DNA from: Polymyxa betae A26-41
Taxonomy: Eukaryota; Protista; Endomyxa: Phytomyxea
Assembly (NCBI GenBank): GCA_003693705.1
Contig: RBZT01000546.1
Coordinates: 124,001 to 188,000, forward strand
Direction of reading: 5' to 3'
Length of the DNA stretch: 64,000 nt
The position numbers were made by a program, and so were the translations under genes. The notes below the pieces were generated by a model that was given only the letters and a program-made list of their open reading frames with translations, did not search any database and was not told where the DNA came from. Shown here piece after piece: positions 25,701 through 38,119 of this stretch (within the stretch, counting starts at the first letter, position 1; each line of letters opens with the position of its first letter).

Positions 25701-26738
25701 TCTTTAACATTCTGTTGGCTATTCTCCAGATTTAGGGACAACTGTTGACATTTTTCGGTCATCCCACCCAGCTCTTTCAATAGAAACAGTAAGAACTTCT
25801 CAAACACTGTTAACGGTCGTCATTACCCGAATGTTTTTCAGCCAAGGTCTGTTCAATATTCTTGAACTGTTTAAGTTTCGCATTGAGATCAGCAATGACA
25901 CTATTTTTTTCTGCCATTGAAGCCGACTGTGCAGAGCATCGCTGCTCAATATTTCGATGTTTGCATTCGAGGCTTCGAACTTCATCACGAAGCAGTTCGT
26001 TGCTGATACAAACTACATACAGAGACATCAGGATTTCCCGAGAACGAAACGTGCAAACTGGACCTTGATCAATATGCTCTCGCAACTCAGAGGCTGTCAT
26101 GGTTTCAATCGTCTCCGGGTCGAGGATGTTAAGCTCTGCAGCACGAGCTGCAGAGGCGCTGGGAGTTTTTGGGAGCGTCACCTTTTGAATAGTTGGAAGT
26201 GGAGTTCTTTCAGAACAGCAATGAATCCTACGTTGATTTCAAGTTTGAAAGGAGGCTCACATTTCTGTTTTGCACTCGATAACTCAGCGTTCAAACGCTC
26301 GTTCTGCTCTTCCAGAGCAGCGAAGCGCTCTGACGTTTCCTGCCGCTCAATAGTGATGCTTCTTAACAACCGAGCAAATTCTTGCTGCTTTTCGGATTCA
26401 ATGTTACTTTTTTCTTGCAAAACTTGAACTAGACGTTCAGCTAAGCTTTGGTTCTGATCATGCAATTGCTAAACATTGAAATAATCAGCATATTCACAAA
26501 GCAGTGCGCCATAAATTCTGTCAATACTTACTTGATTTTCATCAGTTAGCTGATGATTGATTTCTAGGGTTTCTCTCAGCTTTGATGATTTTAACTCATA
26601 CTGCTGATACAAACGTTCGCCTTCGCTCCGAATCTCATTATATTTCAGCTCGAACTGGCGACAGTCTTCTTTGGCGTTGATCAGAGCTTCTTGACATTGG
26701 CAATTACAGCGCTTGCGAATATTTTCTTTATTGCTCAT
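22726..26738 (-). CDS. Large multi-exon coiled-coil protein
   Basis: Series of E/Q/K/L-rich heptad-like minus-strand exons separated by short introns; no family recognised. Confidence 0.7.
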
Positions 26739-26847
26739 CAGTCATTTATCAAGCCAGCTGTTGGCAGAAAGAGCTGAAATCGCAATTTTAGTTTGAAGAC
26801 AAGTGCGAGGTGGACGTAACCCACATCACCTTTTGTTTCCGCTCCTT

Positions 26848-26955
26848 TCTCTCTCTCTCTCTCTNNNNNNNNNNNNNNNNNNNNNNNNNNNNNNNNNNNN
26901 NNNNNNNCTCTCTCTCTCTCTATCTATCTCTTTTTCTCCCTCTCTCTTCCTCTCT
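26848..26955. repeat. (CT)n microsatellite spanning a 43-N assembly gap (26865-26907)
   Basis: CTCTCT... on both flanks of the N run. Confidence 0.95.
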
Positions 26956-27061
26956 TTGCTGAAAGTATGGGACCTACAAGGGCTACGTTACGCTTAGCTG
27001 CCTAAGCACGTGCGATTTCTACATCAACGCTATGATCCTCTTCGAACAGAGACTAATTGTT

Positions 27062-27499
27062 TTATCTATGCCATTTCATTAGATAAGCGTCACGACCTGC
27101 GATATAATAATCGCGAAGCAGCTCCAGCTGCTGAAATTGCTCTGTAAAGTAAAATTTCATAGCAGGACGATCGGGATCGACATGAAGGCTCAGTGCAGGG
27201 TGTCGCTCTTTGGCCCACGATATTAGCTGCCGGCCAAACCCTTGGCGTTGGCGATCTGATGCGACCGCAATTTTGCAAATATGCCCGGATCTGGATACGA
27301 TCATATAACCGACAACCTTCTCTTCATCGTCAAACATAATGACGAAATCTTGGGATTGTTTACGAGCCTCTATCTCCAGGGTTGCTGCTAGGCTCTCATG
27401 TTTTGGAAACAAACGCCTCTCAATAGTAATACAACCCTGTAAAAGTTTGTATTCTCTATCAGATAGCTTCTTAGCCTTGGAGAGAGTAATGATCTTCAT
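27062..27499 (-). CDS. GNAT (RimI-like) N-acetyltransferase, single exon
   Basis: IERRLFPKHES, VVGYM, KIAV...RQRQGFGRQL (AcCoA motif A), LHVD...AMKFY...F...DYY..GRDAYLM. Confidence 0.88.
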   Translation of the reverse strand: MKIITLSKAKKLSDREYKLLQGCITIERRLFPKHESLAATLEIEARKQSQDFVIMFDDEEKVVGYMIVSRSGHICKIAVASDRQRQGFGRQLISWAKERHPALSLHVDPDRPAMKFYFTEQFQQLELLRDYYIAGRDAYLMKWHR

Positions 27500-27728
27500 T
27501 GCTCCGAAACCATTTCAGGTGCTATCATCATGATCAGAATCAGAGAATCTTGATAAATTGCGCGAAAGTTGATGCAGCATTGTTTATTTGCGTGACGTGG
27601 CCGCGGACGCAGATTTTGCACTGGGAACTTGTTCCTAAGGGACACAACAGCAGTGTACCTAATCCTTTTACTTATAACTCACATATTGTGGTCATTGTCC
27701 TTCGTCGCACGCTAGCTTCATTGTCATC

Positions 27729-29709
27729 ATGTCGCGAAAGCCAGAATGGAGGTTAGGGCTCGTTTGACACAACCCTTTCTTGTTATCAAATGCTCGGTTT
27801 ATTGCAGGTTTGGACAGCCAAAAATTCTGGACAGTATTCTTGGGCATATTGGCGGAACGCCCATGGTCAAACTTCATAAGATTGGAGCAAAAGATGGGCT
27901 CGATTGCGAACTAGGTTCGACAGTTTTACCGATATCAAGCCTGTATTTAGTATTTTGTTTAGTTGCCAAATGCGAGTTTTTCAATGCTGGAGGCTCTATC
28001 AAAGATCGTATTGGTCTCAAAATGGTTGAGGACGCTGAGAAATCCGGAAGGATTAAGCCAGGGGACACTCTGATCGAGCCTACTTCTGGAAATACAGGAA
28101 TTGGATTGGCTTTAGCTGCAGCTATCAAGGGATATCGTATGATCATCACGATGCCTGAGAAGATGAGCCAGGAGAAGGTACTGTTCTCGTTCTCTCAAGA
28201 TGCCATTGATTTACTCTCCCCGTCAGGTTGATGTTTTGAAAGCGCTTGGTGCTGAGATCATTCGAACTCCAACTGAAGCCGCCTGGGATTCTCCCGAATC
28301 GCATATCTCAGTTGCAATAAGGCTGCAAAAAGAGATTGAAAATAGCCACATTCTTGATCAGTACAAGTACAATGTCTTCAATTCGACAATGGTCATGAGG
28401 TGAAGACATGCTTTTGTTTAGGAACCCGTCCAACCCTCTAGCCCATTACGAAGGCACAGCTGAAGAAATTTATCTGCAATGTGGTGGTAAAATTGATATG
28501 ATTGTAATGGGTGCCGGAACTGGTAACTGTCATGATATACCATATGGCAACATTTTAAACTGCTTTGTCAGGTGGTACTATTGCAGGAGTCAGCAAACGT
28601 CTCAAAGAACTGATTCCTGATATCGTTGTGGTCGGAGTTGATCCTGTTGGCTCACTTTTGGCTCAGCCTGACACACTTAACGGCCCTGTCCATTCGTACC
28701 AAGTCTGATTGCGAATGATTTACTTGAAAATCAGTCTAACAAGTGTGTCAAGGTGGAAGGAATCGGTTATGATTTCATTCCCGAAGTTTTAGATCGGTGC
28801 AAGATCGACTTTTGGGTCAAGACCGAAGATGCTTCTTCTTTAAAGATGGCCCGAAGGTTAATTCGCGAAGAAGGACTATTGTGTGGCGGCTCTTCTGGGG
28901 CCGCAACGTACGCTGCTGTACAGGCAGCGAAATCACTGAAACCTGGTCAACGTTGCGTTGTGATTCTCCCCGATTCCATTCGAAATTATATGAGCAAACA
29001 CTTGAGCGATGATTGGATGGCAGATCACGACTTTTTGGATGCCAGCATTGTAGAAATGCAGTCAAAAGCTTGTTGGTGGTCGGATAAAAAGGTTTCAACG
29101 ATGTTTTTACTGGCTACTTCCTGCTGAAAATGTGTAAAGGTTTCGGATTTAAATCTAAACACGCCAATGACAGCACTGCCTACAATGACTTGCAAAGATG
29201 CTGTCCAGTTGATGCATGTATGGAAACTAGAAACTTTTCCAGTTTGGATCTGATGTTACTGGTCTATGTAGAATCATGGATTTGATCAACTTCCAGTTGT
29301 GAATAGTGAAAACGAGGTCCTGGGTATGATTACCGAAGGCAATCTAATTTCACACCTCCGAGGTGGTCGTGTTCGTGGCTCAGCACCAATTTCGGAAGTA
29401 TTGTGTAAGATCGCGTTGCGTAAGCAGAAATGGGTTTAAACGTATCCGATAGATCGCAAATTCAAGCAAATCAAGCTTGATACGCCGCTGGCAACTTTAT
29501 CGCGAATTTTCGAAACTCATCATTTCGTTTTGGTAGTGACCACGCAGAAATGTGCATCCAGCCATGATCAGGTACACGAAAAAACAGTCGTGTATGGTGT
29601 TGTGACTCGCATTGACCTACTGAACTTCATAATGGGTGGGATTGATGGCAAAGCGACTCCTCGCAACCTTAGCTTCGATCTTTCTATGTCTAACAATCAC
29701 ACAAAATAA
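27729..29709 (+). CDS. CBS: Cystathionine beta-synthase with C-terminal CBS domains
   Basis: [16 protein letters not shown] (PLP Lys), [89 protein letters not shown]. Confidence 0.97.
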
Positions 29710-29747
29710 AGAGTTCGTACCTTTTGAGTGATTTCTTATGAGGTTGT

Positions 29748-31175
29748 TTATTGCATGGCGAACAAAGCGTCTGCAAGGTCTTCGAACAATAAAACACTAC
29801 GCCTATCTTGTACAGGAGCTTTGGCGAACACCTCCGTTATGATCGTGGGATCGACACCCTTCAATCCGGCTCGCAGTACTTCTTGTTTGGATATATACGA
29901 TTTGGCTTTCCGCTGACCGAACGCGAATGCCATACGCTTCCTGGTCGAGGTGGTCTTCAGCTGCAGTAAGCCAATTGTGGCGATCCAGGTCAGCTTAGCC
30001 CTGCTTATGCCGGGTTCGGCGGTTGCAACCATCTTGGATAGAACTGCTTCTGCACCATCGTCGCCAAACCGTGCTGCGAACTGCTTGATTTCGTTGCTGC
30101 TTAGAAATCCATCTTTATCGACATCGAATTCCTCCATGAGGGCATCGATTTCGTGCTTGTCTTCAATCGAAACGGTTTCCAGCATCAGCTCGGATACTGC
30201 AACAAGAAGCTTGGACATTTTGGATGACATTCTTGATTGCCTTCGAAGAAATTGTGTTCCTGCCTTGATTGCCTGGAACATCGGATTCTGTTCGATGGTC
30301 ATATTCGTGATCCAAGGATGGTTAAGAACCTGCTCGGCCGTCATGCGTTTAAACGTATCTCTAGTTAGAAGGTTCTTCAGCAAGTCACGTAGCTCCTTTG
30401 ACATGGATTTCGACAATCGCAGCCTTCCCGATTTGACTTCTTCCCAGTTGCTGAACGGAATCAGACCGGTAACGAGAATGTATAAGATGACGCCCATCGA
30501 CCACATATCACATGCTTTAAGCATCAGACCCGAACAAACGCTATTCTCGTCAATCATCTCTGGGGCGATATACTGCATAGATCCGACTCGATCACGATAA
30601 TAGGAATCGTCACGAACGATACGTCCCAGGCCGAAATCGACGAGGACCAGGTGCTTAATATCGTCGGCGTTAGCGAAGACGAAATTCTCGGGCTTTAGGT
30701 CAAGATGGACAATGTTCTTGGAATGGCAGTAACGCACCGCCTCGGTCATGCGGCGAATTAAACTGGCGGCCGTCGATTCCGGGAAGACATCGCGTTTCGC
30801 GTCGAGTACCTCAAACAAGTCTGTTCCCCGCATCAGGTCTATGATGATATAGTAGGCATGCTTGTCCTCGTAGACCTCATGCAGTTTGATGACGTTCTCG
30901 TGCTGGATGGCGTTCAGCAGTTTGACCTCGATATAGAACGTATCTCGCGAATGCTTAAGCATCTTATCAAGCATTTTGACAGCGAATGCCTCCCCCGACT
31001 GCCGATGCCGGGCTTTGTAAATCTTTGAGAACCCGCCTTCGCCGAGTTCTCCGCGACGCTCATAAACTTCCCAAGGCGATCGCTGCTGGATGCCGAGCCT
31101 TTCATTGATTTCCGGAGTAGTTATATTGTTCTTATCAACCTTTTCAGAATGGGATTTTGTTGAACATTGTCCCAT
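29748..31175 (-). CDS. Intronless CDPK/CaMK-like Ser/Thr kinase with N-terminal MGQC acylation motif and a degenerate EF-hand tail
   Basis: LGEGGFS, AVK, HLDLKPEN, DFG, YIAPE, DMWSMGV, R.TAEQVLNHPW; EF-hand DVDKDGFLSSNE; first ATG reads MGQC. Confidence 0.92.
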   Translation of the reverse strand: MGQCSTKSHSEKVDKNNITTPEINERLGIQQRSPWEVYERRGELGEGGFSKIYKARHRQSGEAFAVKMLDKMLKHSRDTFYIEVKLLNAIQHENVIKLHEVYEDKHAYYIIIDLMRGTDLFEVLDAKRDVFPESTAASLIRRMTEAVRYCHSKNIVHLDLKPENFVFANADDIKHLVLVDFGLGRIVRDDSYYRDRVGSMQYIAPEMIDENSVCSGLMLKACDMWSMGVILYILVTGLIPFSNWEEVKSGRLRLSKSMSKELRDLLKNLLTRDTFKRMTAEQVLNHPWITNMTIEQNPMFQAIKAGTQFLRRQSRMSSKMSKLLVAVSELMLETVSIEDKHEIDALMEEFDVDKDGFLSSNEIKQFAARFGDDGAEAVLSKMVATAEPGISRAKLTWIATIGLLQLKTTSTRKRMAFAFGQRKAKSYISKQEVLRAGLKGVDPTIITEVFAKAPVQDRRSVLLFEDLADALFAMQ

Positions 31176-32154
31176 TGTCTTAGCGCCCCTAATTACAGGT
31201 TTGGTTTGGATCTTGTTCACTTGTTTGATCGAAGAACGCGGAATGCTGCGACGAAAGGGCAAACTTTGCCCTCGTCCGGGAACAGTACAGAAATAAGGCG
31301 AATGCTCGATTCGTGTGGAAACAACGATCAAATGCCTATGATCGGAACCAGAGCGATAGGAATGGAGAAAATCCCCCGGCCCGGAAGATGACTATACATC
31401 AGATCGATCGCCTCGATTATTGTGAAGTCATTTTGTCTCAGTTTTATGTTCCGATTGGACCCTTGGAATCGTTGGTTTTGCACGGTTCTTCAGCTTTCTA
31501 GTTCAGTGAGTTTCGATCCTGGACTTCGTCGTATGGCAAGAGACAAATGCTCTGATCAATCAACGTGTTATGTTTCACAAAATGCATAAACCTAATGCAA
31601 ATCACGACAGCACATGCAACATATATCCCGAAACGATTCAATAAAATATAAAATTAACTGCATTGACCGCATTGAACAAGAGCTGGTCCACGATTTACTG
31701 AAATATAGAAAAAGTTATGCTGCCTCGATCATGAGATATTTCGCAGCTGTAAGCATCGTGGTTCTGGCGGCTTCGAGCAGAAACAAAGCGCATTCGGGTT
31801 GCCAGCTGCCGGATGCAGCAGCATCGATGTTTCAGTACCGGTAGATGGAACCGCTAGACTATCAAACAAGCCATTATAGGTATGAATACACCTACACTGT
31901 AGAGCTTACAATCATGCAATAACGTAAACATGTGCTCATCCTATATCCTCATTCTGTTTCACTCATACTGAGCAAACAAGTGCGAGTTGCTCATACGCTC
32001 TGGGGGCTTGTGTCGTTTTATCATTCGTCATCTTCTTCTCTCTCGCTTCAAAGGGTTAGTGGTGTCCGCTTCGCTACGATGACAGCCAGTCATGCCATCC
32101 CAGATCCGGTACGATAGAGATCCTCGGGTAACGCCGTCGTCGCTGGGTGCATGA

Positions 32155-35124
32155 ATGGCATCAAGGCGATCCCAGGCAGATGACATGGGAAGATCGGTTA
32201 GGGCGGCCTCGGTGTCACGCTCGCTGACGGGTCGGGCAAGCAGTGGGCGTTCAGGCAGTCCAATCTCGCAGATTGCAGACCGAATCGTTTTTCAGAACGG
32301 AATGATGAAATTCACGAAAGCATTGGCGGCCAAATCATCGAATAAGTTAGTAAGCGTATTGACGGTCATCAGAAAAGTTGATTTTGATTAATGCTCAAGA
32401 GTGGTGGAAATCGCGCATTCGGTGACAAGAGCTGCTTTCGATCAGTCGAAAAGATATGCCAGATTGAAATTAGAGGAATTTAACCGTTATCAGGTTTCGC
32501 TCAAATTCTTTACTGCTATGTTTCGATTGATGACAATTTAGTTCGCCATCATCTGCGAAGGCGATCTCGCGGCGGCCCCATCGGAATCGTTGAAATCCTC
32601 GCTAAGGCGATTACCAAGAGCCGGGATATCAATTGATATTTTATACCCAAATGATGCTGAGGATGTGAATATACACAAATTCATCATCGTGATGTTGCAC
32701 ATGGATGCGTCAGCCATTGAAGAGATGTCATACGCACTCCAGCTGGAACGCTGGCTAAATTCCGGCTGCCAGGGTATTCCTAACCAAGGTACAAACCGAG
32801 CCGATTTGCATTATAGTGAAAAAATTCAATGCGGGTAGGATCGATATTGTTTGCTTTGGCTTTATATTCAATGTCATTGCAGAATGATGGTCCTGGAGCG
32901 TGCTGGGCTTCAGCAAGGTAAGGACGGCATTGCAGCTGTTTTGGCGCTTCCGTGTTTGCAATTTCAAGTTCGCTTTTATGAGGCACATCTTCGACAATTA
33001 TCCTGGTTTCGACTGAAGCATTTCTTCATGGTTGGCACCCTGCTATTTCGAGTCTGACCTATTTAATACTTTTCAGAAGTTGGGTCCTCAGTCGAAAATC
33101 GCTTCCAATGCGGGTTCAAAGAGTGATCTGACTGAGGAAAATACATACAATGTAGGATATGAGTATTTCATATTCGAATTGAGAAGGCATTTCGGAGAGG
33201 TAGTCGCCTTCAATTACGCTTTTGCTCTTCACTTCTTCAAATGGCTGCTTATTCCAGCTCTGATTGCCTGCCTCATCGAATTAGCACCGCTTGGCCTGAT
33301 CAGCCACCGCTCGCATGCGATCGCAATAATCGTCTTTGGTTTGGCGATGACATCGATATGGATACCTATGTGAGTGTATGTCTGGGCTATCTATCGTCCA
33401 TAACGTGTTGCCTACTCAGTATAATTCGAACATGGCAACGAAAATGTGCAGAGCTGTCTGTCTACTGGAACACCAGCAACATTAACGAGAGAGCTTATTT
33501 AAATCCCCATTATGTGAACACAGATAACTCGCATGATGGCCAACGATTTAGCCGAAAACGGTCGGTCTCAGTCGTACGAGCATCATCTTCGTCATCAAAC
33601 TGGATTTATGTGCTGCCTCTTTACGTTATTTTATTCGCGATGCAGGTTAGTTGCGGATTTCGTCGGCCAAGACTGATTTCTCAATGTTGCTTAGTTTTCT
33701 GTGATTCTTGTTGGGACGTCCTTATTTATCACTGCCCATGTCTCTATCAGGGCAGTCCCAAACTGTCACAATACTTCGTCTTCGCTCTGCTTTTCGAATC
33801 CGGTCAGATGGTTTTCATCAAGTGCTATATCTGTAATGACGGGGAGCTTGATGTCAATTTTTCAGGTACGTTTTTAGATCCATTGTATTTGTGGTTGTGG
33901 TTTAGTTTCTATTTGCAGGTGAAAGCGAAATCTGTTGCTGTTTGGCTAGCTAGGCTTGAGAATTTCCGATTGGAATACGAATATTACAATTCGCTAATTC
34001 AGAAAACTTTCTGGATGCAATGGATCAGCCTCTACTCTTGGTTTATCACATTGTCTTTCTTGTTCGTTGCATTCGGCGATCGGTTGAACTCATTTTTGAA
34101 AACCAATGTGCTTTCATTTTTGGTATTCAAAACCGATGATCAAGCGTTAGATTTATTCGAGACGCTAGTATCACCAATTTTTGTTAGCTTGAGTTTTAAC
34201 TTCGCTTTCGGAACAGTAAGCGGTTGTAATTCAACGTTATCAATGCTAATTCAGCATTGATAGTTTTTTCCTTTTATTCAGTTCCTGATCAAGCATCGAA
34301 GGCTGAAGAAAGCTTTGATCCAGCCAGTTGAACTGCAACAAATCAACGACAGCGCTCGACTGGTGGCGGATAACTTTGCCAGTCAGCTTCGAAATGAGCT
34401 TAACCTCCCGGTACATTAGTTAGATTGAGAAAAATATATATTTGATTGTTCATAAGATCGGGATCTGCTGCCCAATCAGGCAAGCGTCTTTCAGCGATAT
34501 CATTCGAATGAAGAAATTACCAGAACGATCGGGCCATAAAGACTATGATGATATTATCGTCTGTTTTGGGCTGGTAGCTTCGTTCGCAGTTGTATCGCCT
34601 ATTATTGTTATCATCCTATGCGTCAACGCGTTATTTGAGGTCCATTCTGGCATAATGAAAATCTCATTCGGTTATCGAAGACCGGAGCCAAGGCGAGCTC
34701 GCGATGCAGGTTTGTCAACATTGGAGGTTTTCAGCAAAGGTTTGCATTCTAATTTCCAATCGTAGGAGCATGGGAGCAATACCTGTACGTCTGTATGGTC
34801 TTGGGAGGGCTGATCAGCGTTGGCCAGGTATGCTTCAGCACTGGCCATCTGGAAGCATTTCTGCCCAATTGCACGCTGTCAGATGGCTACACTCCAGACA
34901 AGAACTGCATTCCGGGCTCGTATAGGATAGTCGTCGCTCTATTGTTGGAGCATTTGGTTGTAATTACACAAGCACTGACGCTCAGCATGATTAATCGACA
35001 GCCGAAGTGGATCGCTAATCGCCTCTACAAGATACAAAGGCTAAAGCACAAGTTTTTTCGAGATTTGAAGAGAACGCAGAACTCATTGCAAGAAAATGTA
35101 GACACCAATCATACCGAACAATAA
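32155..35124 (+). CDS. Anoctamin/TMEM16 family protein
   Basis: RRHFGEVVAFNYAF, W.RK..EL...W, LARLENFR...Y...LI.K.F, DYDDIIVCFG...F...SP, FE...K.....RRP.PRRA...G.W, LLEH. Confidence 0.88.
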
Positions 35125-35186
35125 TAATAAATTTATAACTGGTCAGAAGACGCAACACCTTGAACAAACTTAACACGAGTGTCCAT

Positions 35187-35896
35187 TCACATACAGCTGC
35201 TAGAGGAGTCGTCGCTGTCTGAACGTCCTCGTGACCCTAGGGTCAACGTCGCCAGACGTTTGGTTTTGTCATCGATCGTTCTTTGAATGGCGTTGATTTC
35301 GCTGACCGTCTTGCCGGATAGATTGATGTATCCGCCATCCATTTCTTCGGCTGCTTCCAGCATCTTCTCTTTCAAGGCCTGCTCCAGGCATTTGATCGAT
35401 GATGCCAACTCGAAGCACTCCGAATTACCCAGAGTTAGCATTTTGTTAAAAGTCTTCAATAACCAAATAATAGGCTTGTACTAGATGACGATCGGTTGGA
35501 AACCGATTGACGCGTTGAAATCGGGGGTAAAGCGGGTGATTCAACACGGATGAATATCGAATGACCCAATCCGGTCGAAGGAAGATCTTCTGGATCACAA
35601 GATTTGAAAGTTCGGGTTGCACGGAGTCGCAGATGTGCTGGTCCGACCCATGAGCATGTGCCGCTCCGTCGGTCGCGATATTCATGGCGATATGGCAGCT
35701 CGCACTCGAACAAGTATGGCGCTCGATCAACACGCAGTCTCGTGTAATGTTACCCGAATCGAAACGCATCTGCAATGTTGCTTGAAGCCAATCAACAGCT
35801 CAAATGGCCTCAATGGCATAACTGCAGCTTCCGATCTCATCGAGCTTAATACATAAATCAAAGTTGTGTGGCACTTTTTAATGCCGACTGCATCCA
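35187..35896 (-). CDS. Hypothetical protein with short C-terminal coiled coil (5' structure uncertain)
   Basis: Last exon ...CLEQALKEKMLEAAEEM...IQRTIDDKTKRLATL...; upstream exons ambiguous. Confidence 0.45.
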
Positions 35897-35952
35897 TCTA
35901 CTAGAGTAGTTCTGCTACAGTATGAGCTGCCTAAGTAGGAGAAATCATGCAG

Positions 35953-35966
35953 TAGGGTTTAGGGTT
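35953..35966 (-). promoter_or_regulatory. Tandem telo-box TAGGGTTTAGGGTT in a divergent promoter
   Basis: Two telomere-like units between the hypothetical gene and the PPR-like gene. Confidence 0.6.
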
Positions 35967-36083
35967 CAATAACGTCATGTTTAAAAGAGGCGCGGGGTTC
36001 CGCCTCGACCTGTATCGAGTTCAATCTCTCATTGTCATTGTCATTTCGGTCTGTTATCGATGGTGACCTCTTGACATCGACTA

Positions 36084-38067
36084 ATGTGCTCTCTGCTCAC
36101 AGCCCAGATTTTTGTCATCGTCAGACAACAAGGGCGCCGTTACTTGTCGCTTTACAATAGGGATCGGCTCCCGATCGTCCGGACCAAGAAATACTATCAG
36201 CATCCCTTCGAAGGGATCAAATTGCAGATGAAAATATCGTCGTTAGTCGCGCGAAAACCCAGTTGTTTCGGCGAAGAGCTAAAAGACTGGACTCGACTAA
36301 TGCTGTCTTGTGCTGCTCATAGATCTAGCTCATTCGCTGCCGTTTTGAGTCGCATGCCAGAGAGGATCAAAAAGCAAAAGATTGTATATGAAATCTACCT
36401 TTGTCTTCTGGGACATCAATTCCGACATTGGAAAAAATTAGGTAGCTCTTGTCTTTTGTTGATTATCCGAAGTTCGATTTGTTGTTGCAGGCGTACATCC
36501 TCCTTCTTTAAACTCTGTTGACGATGTCTTCAACTCAATCTCTGAAAAGTGTCAAGGAGATAAGCCAGGGTTTTCAAGCTACTTTCTCTATATGGATGCA
36601 TACTGCAGTGCGCGAAATTTAGAGACTCCATGGAGGATGCAAAAGATCATGCCGAAACCTACAGCTGATGATTTCATCCATTTGATATCCCTCTATGATG
36701 CACTTGGTGAACCTGTTCGTTGCCGATCTCTGCTCAGATGTATGCAGGATCTGAAGCTGACCATGGGGACTTCAGCAGCCATGAAACTTGCAGCCTTGTT
36801 CGCCAGAACCATGTCGGTTTAATTGCAATGCCCGTGAAGCCATGCATGATGGATCCTAGGCCAGATATTCCATCTCGGAAAGGTCTTGTCGAGTCTCTCG
36901 TTTATGATTACGTCAAGCCCCGAAGAAAGTGTCTGTACGGCCATGCTGCCCAGGCGTTGCTTCTAACAAGCCATCATCCTGGTGAGACATTTGATAACGT
37001 CAGTTCTTAACATATCTAAAGCGCAAAATTCCTAATGAGGCTGTCAGCTAATTCAAGCATCACCTTTCACGGTTGCGCTTTTGCTGAAACGTCTGATCGC
37101 TTTGCGGCGATTCAACGAATTCTCCTCAAGGGTAAAGGCTTTCAAAAAAACAATTTTGAATCTCGGATCTCATGACTATTCCGTCATGGTTACTCGACTG
37201 GGACAAGCCCAGCAGTTCGACATTGCGTTGCAGCTTATGCATGCGAGATCATGCTCGGTTCAAGTATTGACGAGCTTGATTGCTCAGGCGTCCAAATCTA
37301 ATCAGAAGGCATCACGCCAATTGTATCCTGATGGCATCTGATATGACTCTGTTAGGAGTTCATTCGCCATCTAATGTCACGCTGGCTTAACTCGGTTCCA
37401 ATCGATTTTATCTGTCTTACGGCTATATTAGGGTCGAAAATATTGGCCCTGTCCGTTTGCGAATCGAAGGCTCGACTGGCATCTTCTCCAGACGGACTGC
37501 TTTACTCACGAGTTATCTACCTATGCAGTACAGAAGAACAGATCTTCAGGGTATGGAACAGCATGCTGTCTAGAGTAAGCGCCCTGTGCTGTTTCACGCC
37601 ATCGTAATGAGCAGCATTGCAGGATATTGAACCCGACATTTTCGTCAATATTGCTCTGGAGCGGTCTCTTGCAAATCTCAAAGTTTGTATGGACACATGA
37701 TAGTGACCGGAGTAGTAACTGGATGATCAGGGCCTGGATACTGTCCAAAAGAGATCCTTACATATTGCTTTGATTGCAAGAGCCATAACTCGGATGAGGA
37801 ATCGGAATCTTCAATGGCCAGCCATATTGGATTCTGCAATCATGGTAGCTGGCCAATATGGGGCGTCTGATGTTCAAAATGCTGCTTATCAACTTCTGAG
37901 GTCAGCGTTTGACAAGCTTTTCTTTTGCACAAAACATTTAACAAGGTCGTATCAGAGAGTTTGATATGTTTCCAACATCCGTGGCCATATCTGAAATGAT
38001 TCGTTTGAAAGACAATCCGTTGATGCCTTGTTTAAAAACGCCAAAATCCCCTTCGAACATTTCTTGA
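36084..38067 (+). CDS. PPR-like helical repeat protein, probably mitochondrial
   Basis: Degenerate PPR-like units (DFIHLISLYDALGEPVRCRSLLRCMQDLKL; DYSVMVTRLGQAQQFDIALQL; LYSRVIYLC...FRVWNSMLSR|DIEPD); basic N-terminus. Confidence 0.6.
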
Positions 38068-38119
38068 TTGCGCAACGATCATTCTTAAGGAGTCAGGAGG
38101 TAACGAGGAAATCACATAT

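Noticed and set aside
29950-30600. 216-aa plus-strand ORF
   Set aside because: Antisense to the kinase; non-ATG start and no protein-like features.
31176-31331. N-terminal extension of the 527-aa kinase ORF
   Set aside because: Starts at a non-ATG codon; the first ATG gives MGQC, a typical acylated N-terminus.
37309-37356. Possible GC-AG intron in the PPR-like gene (similar case near 50300 in NTE)
   Set aside because: Cannot be fixed without transcripts because the local protein sequence is poorly conserved.
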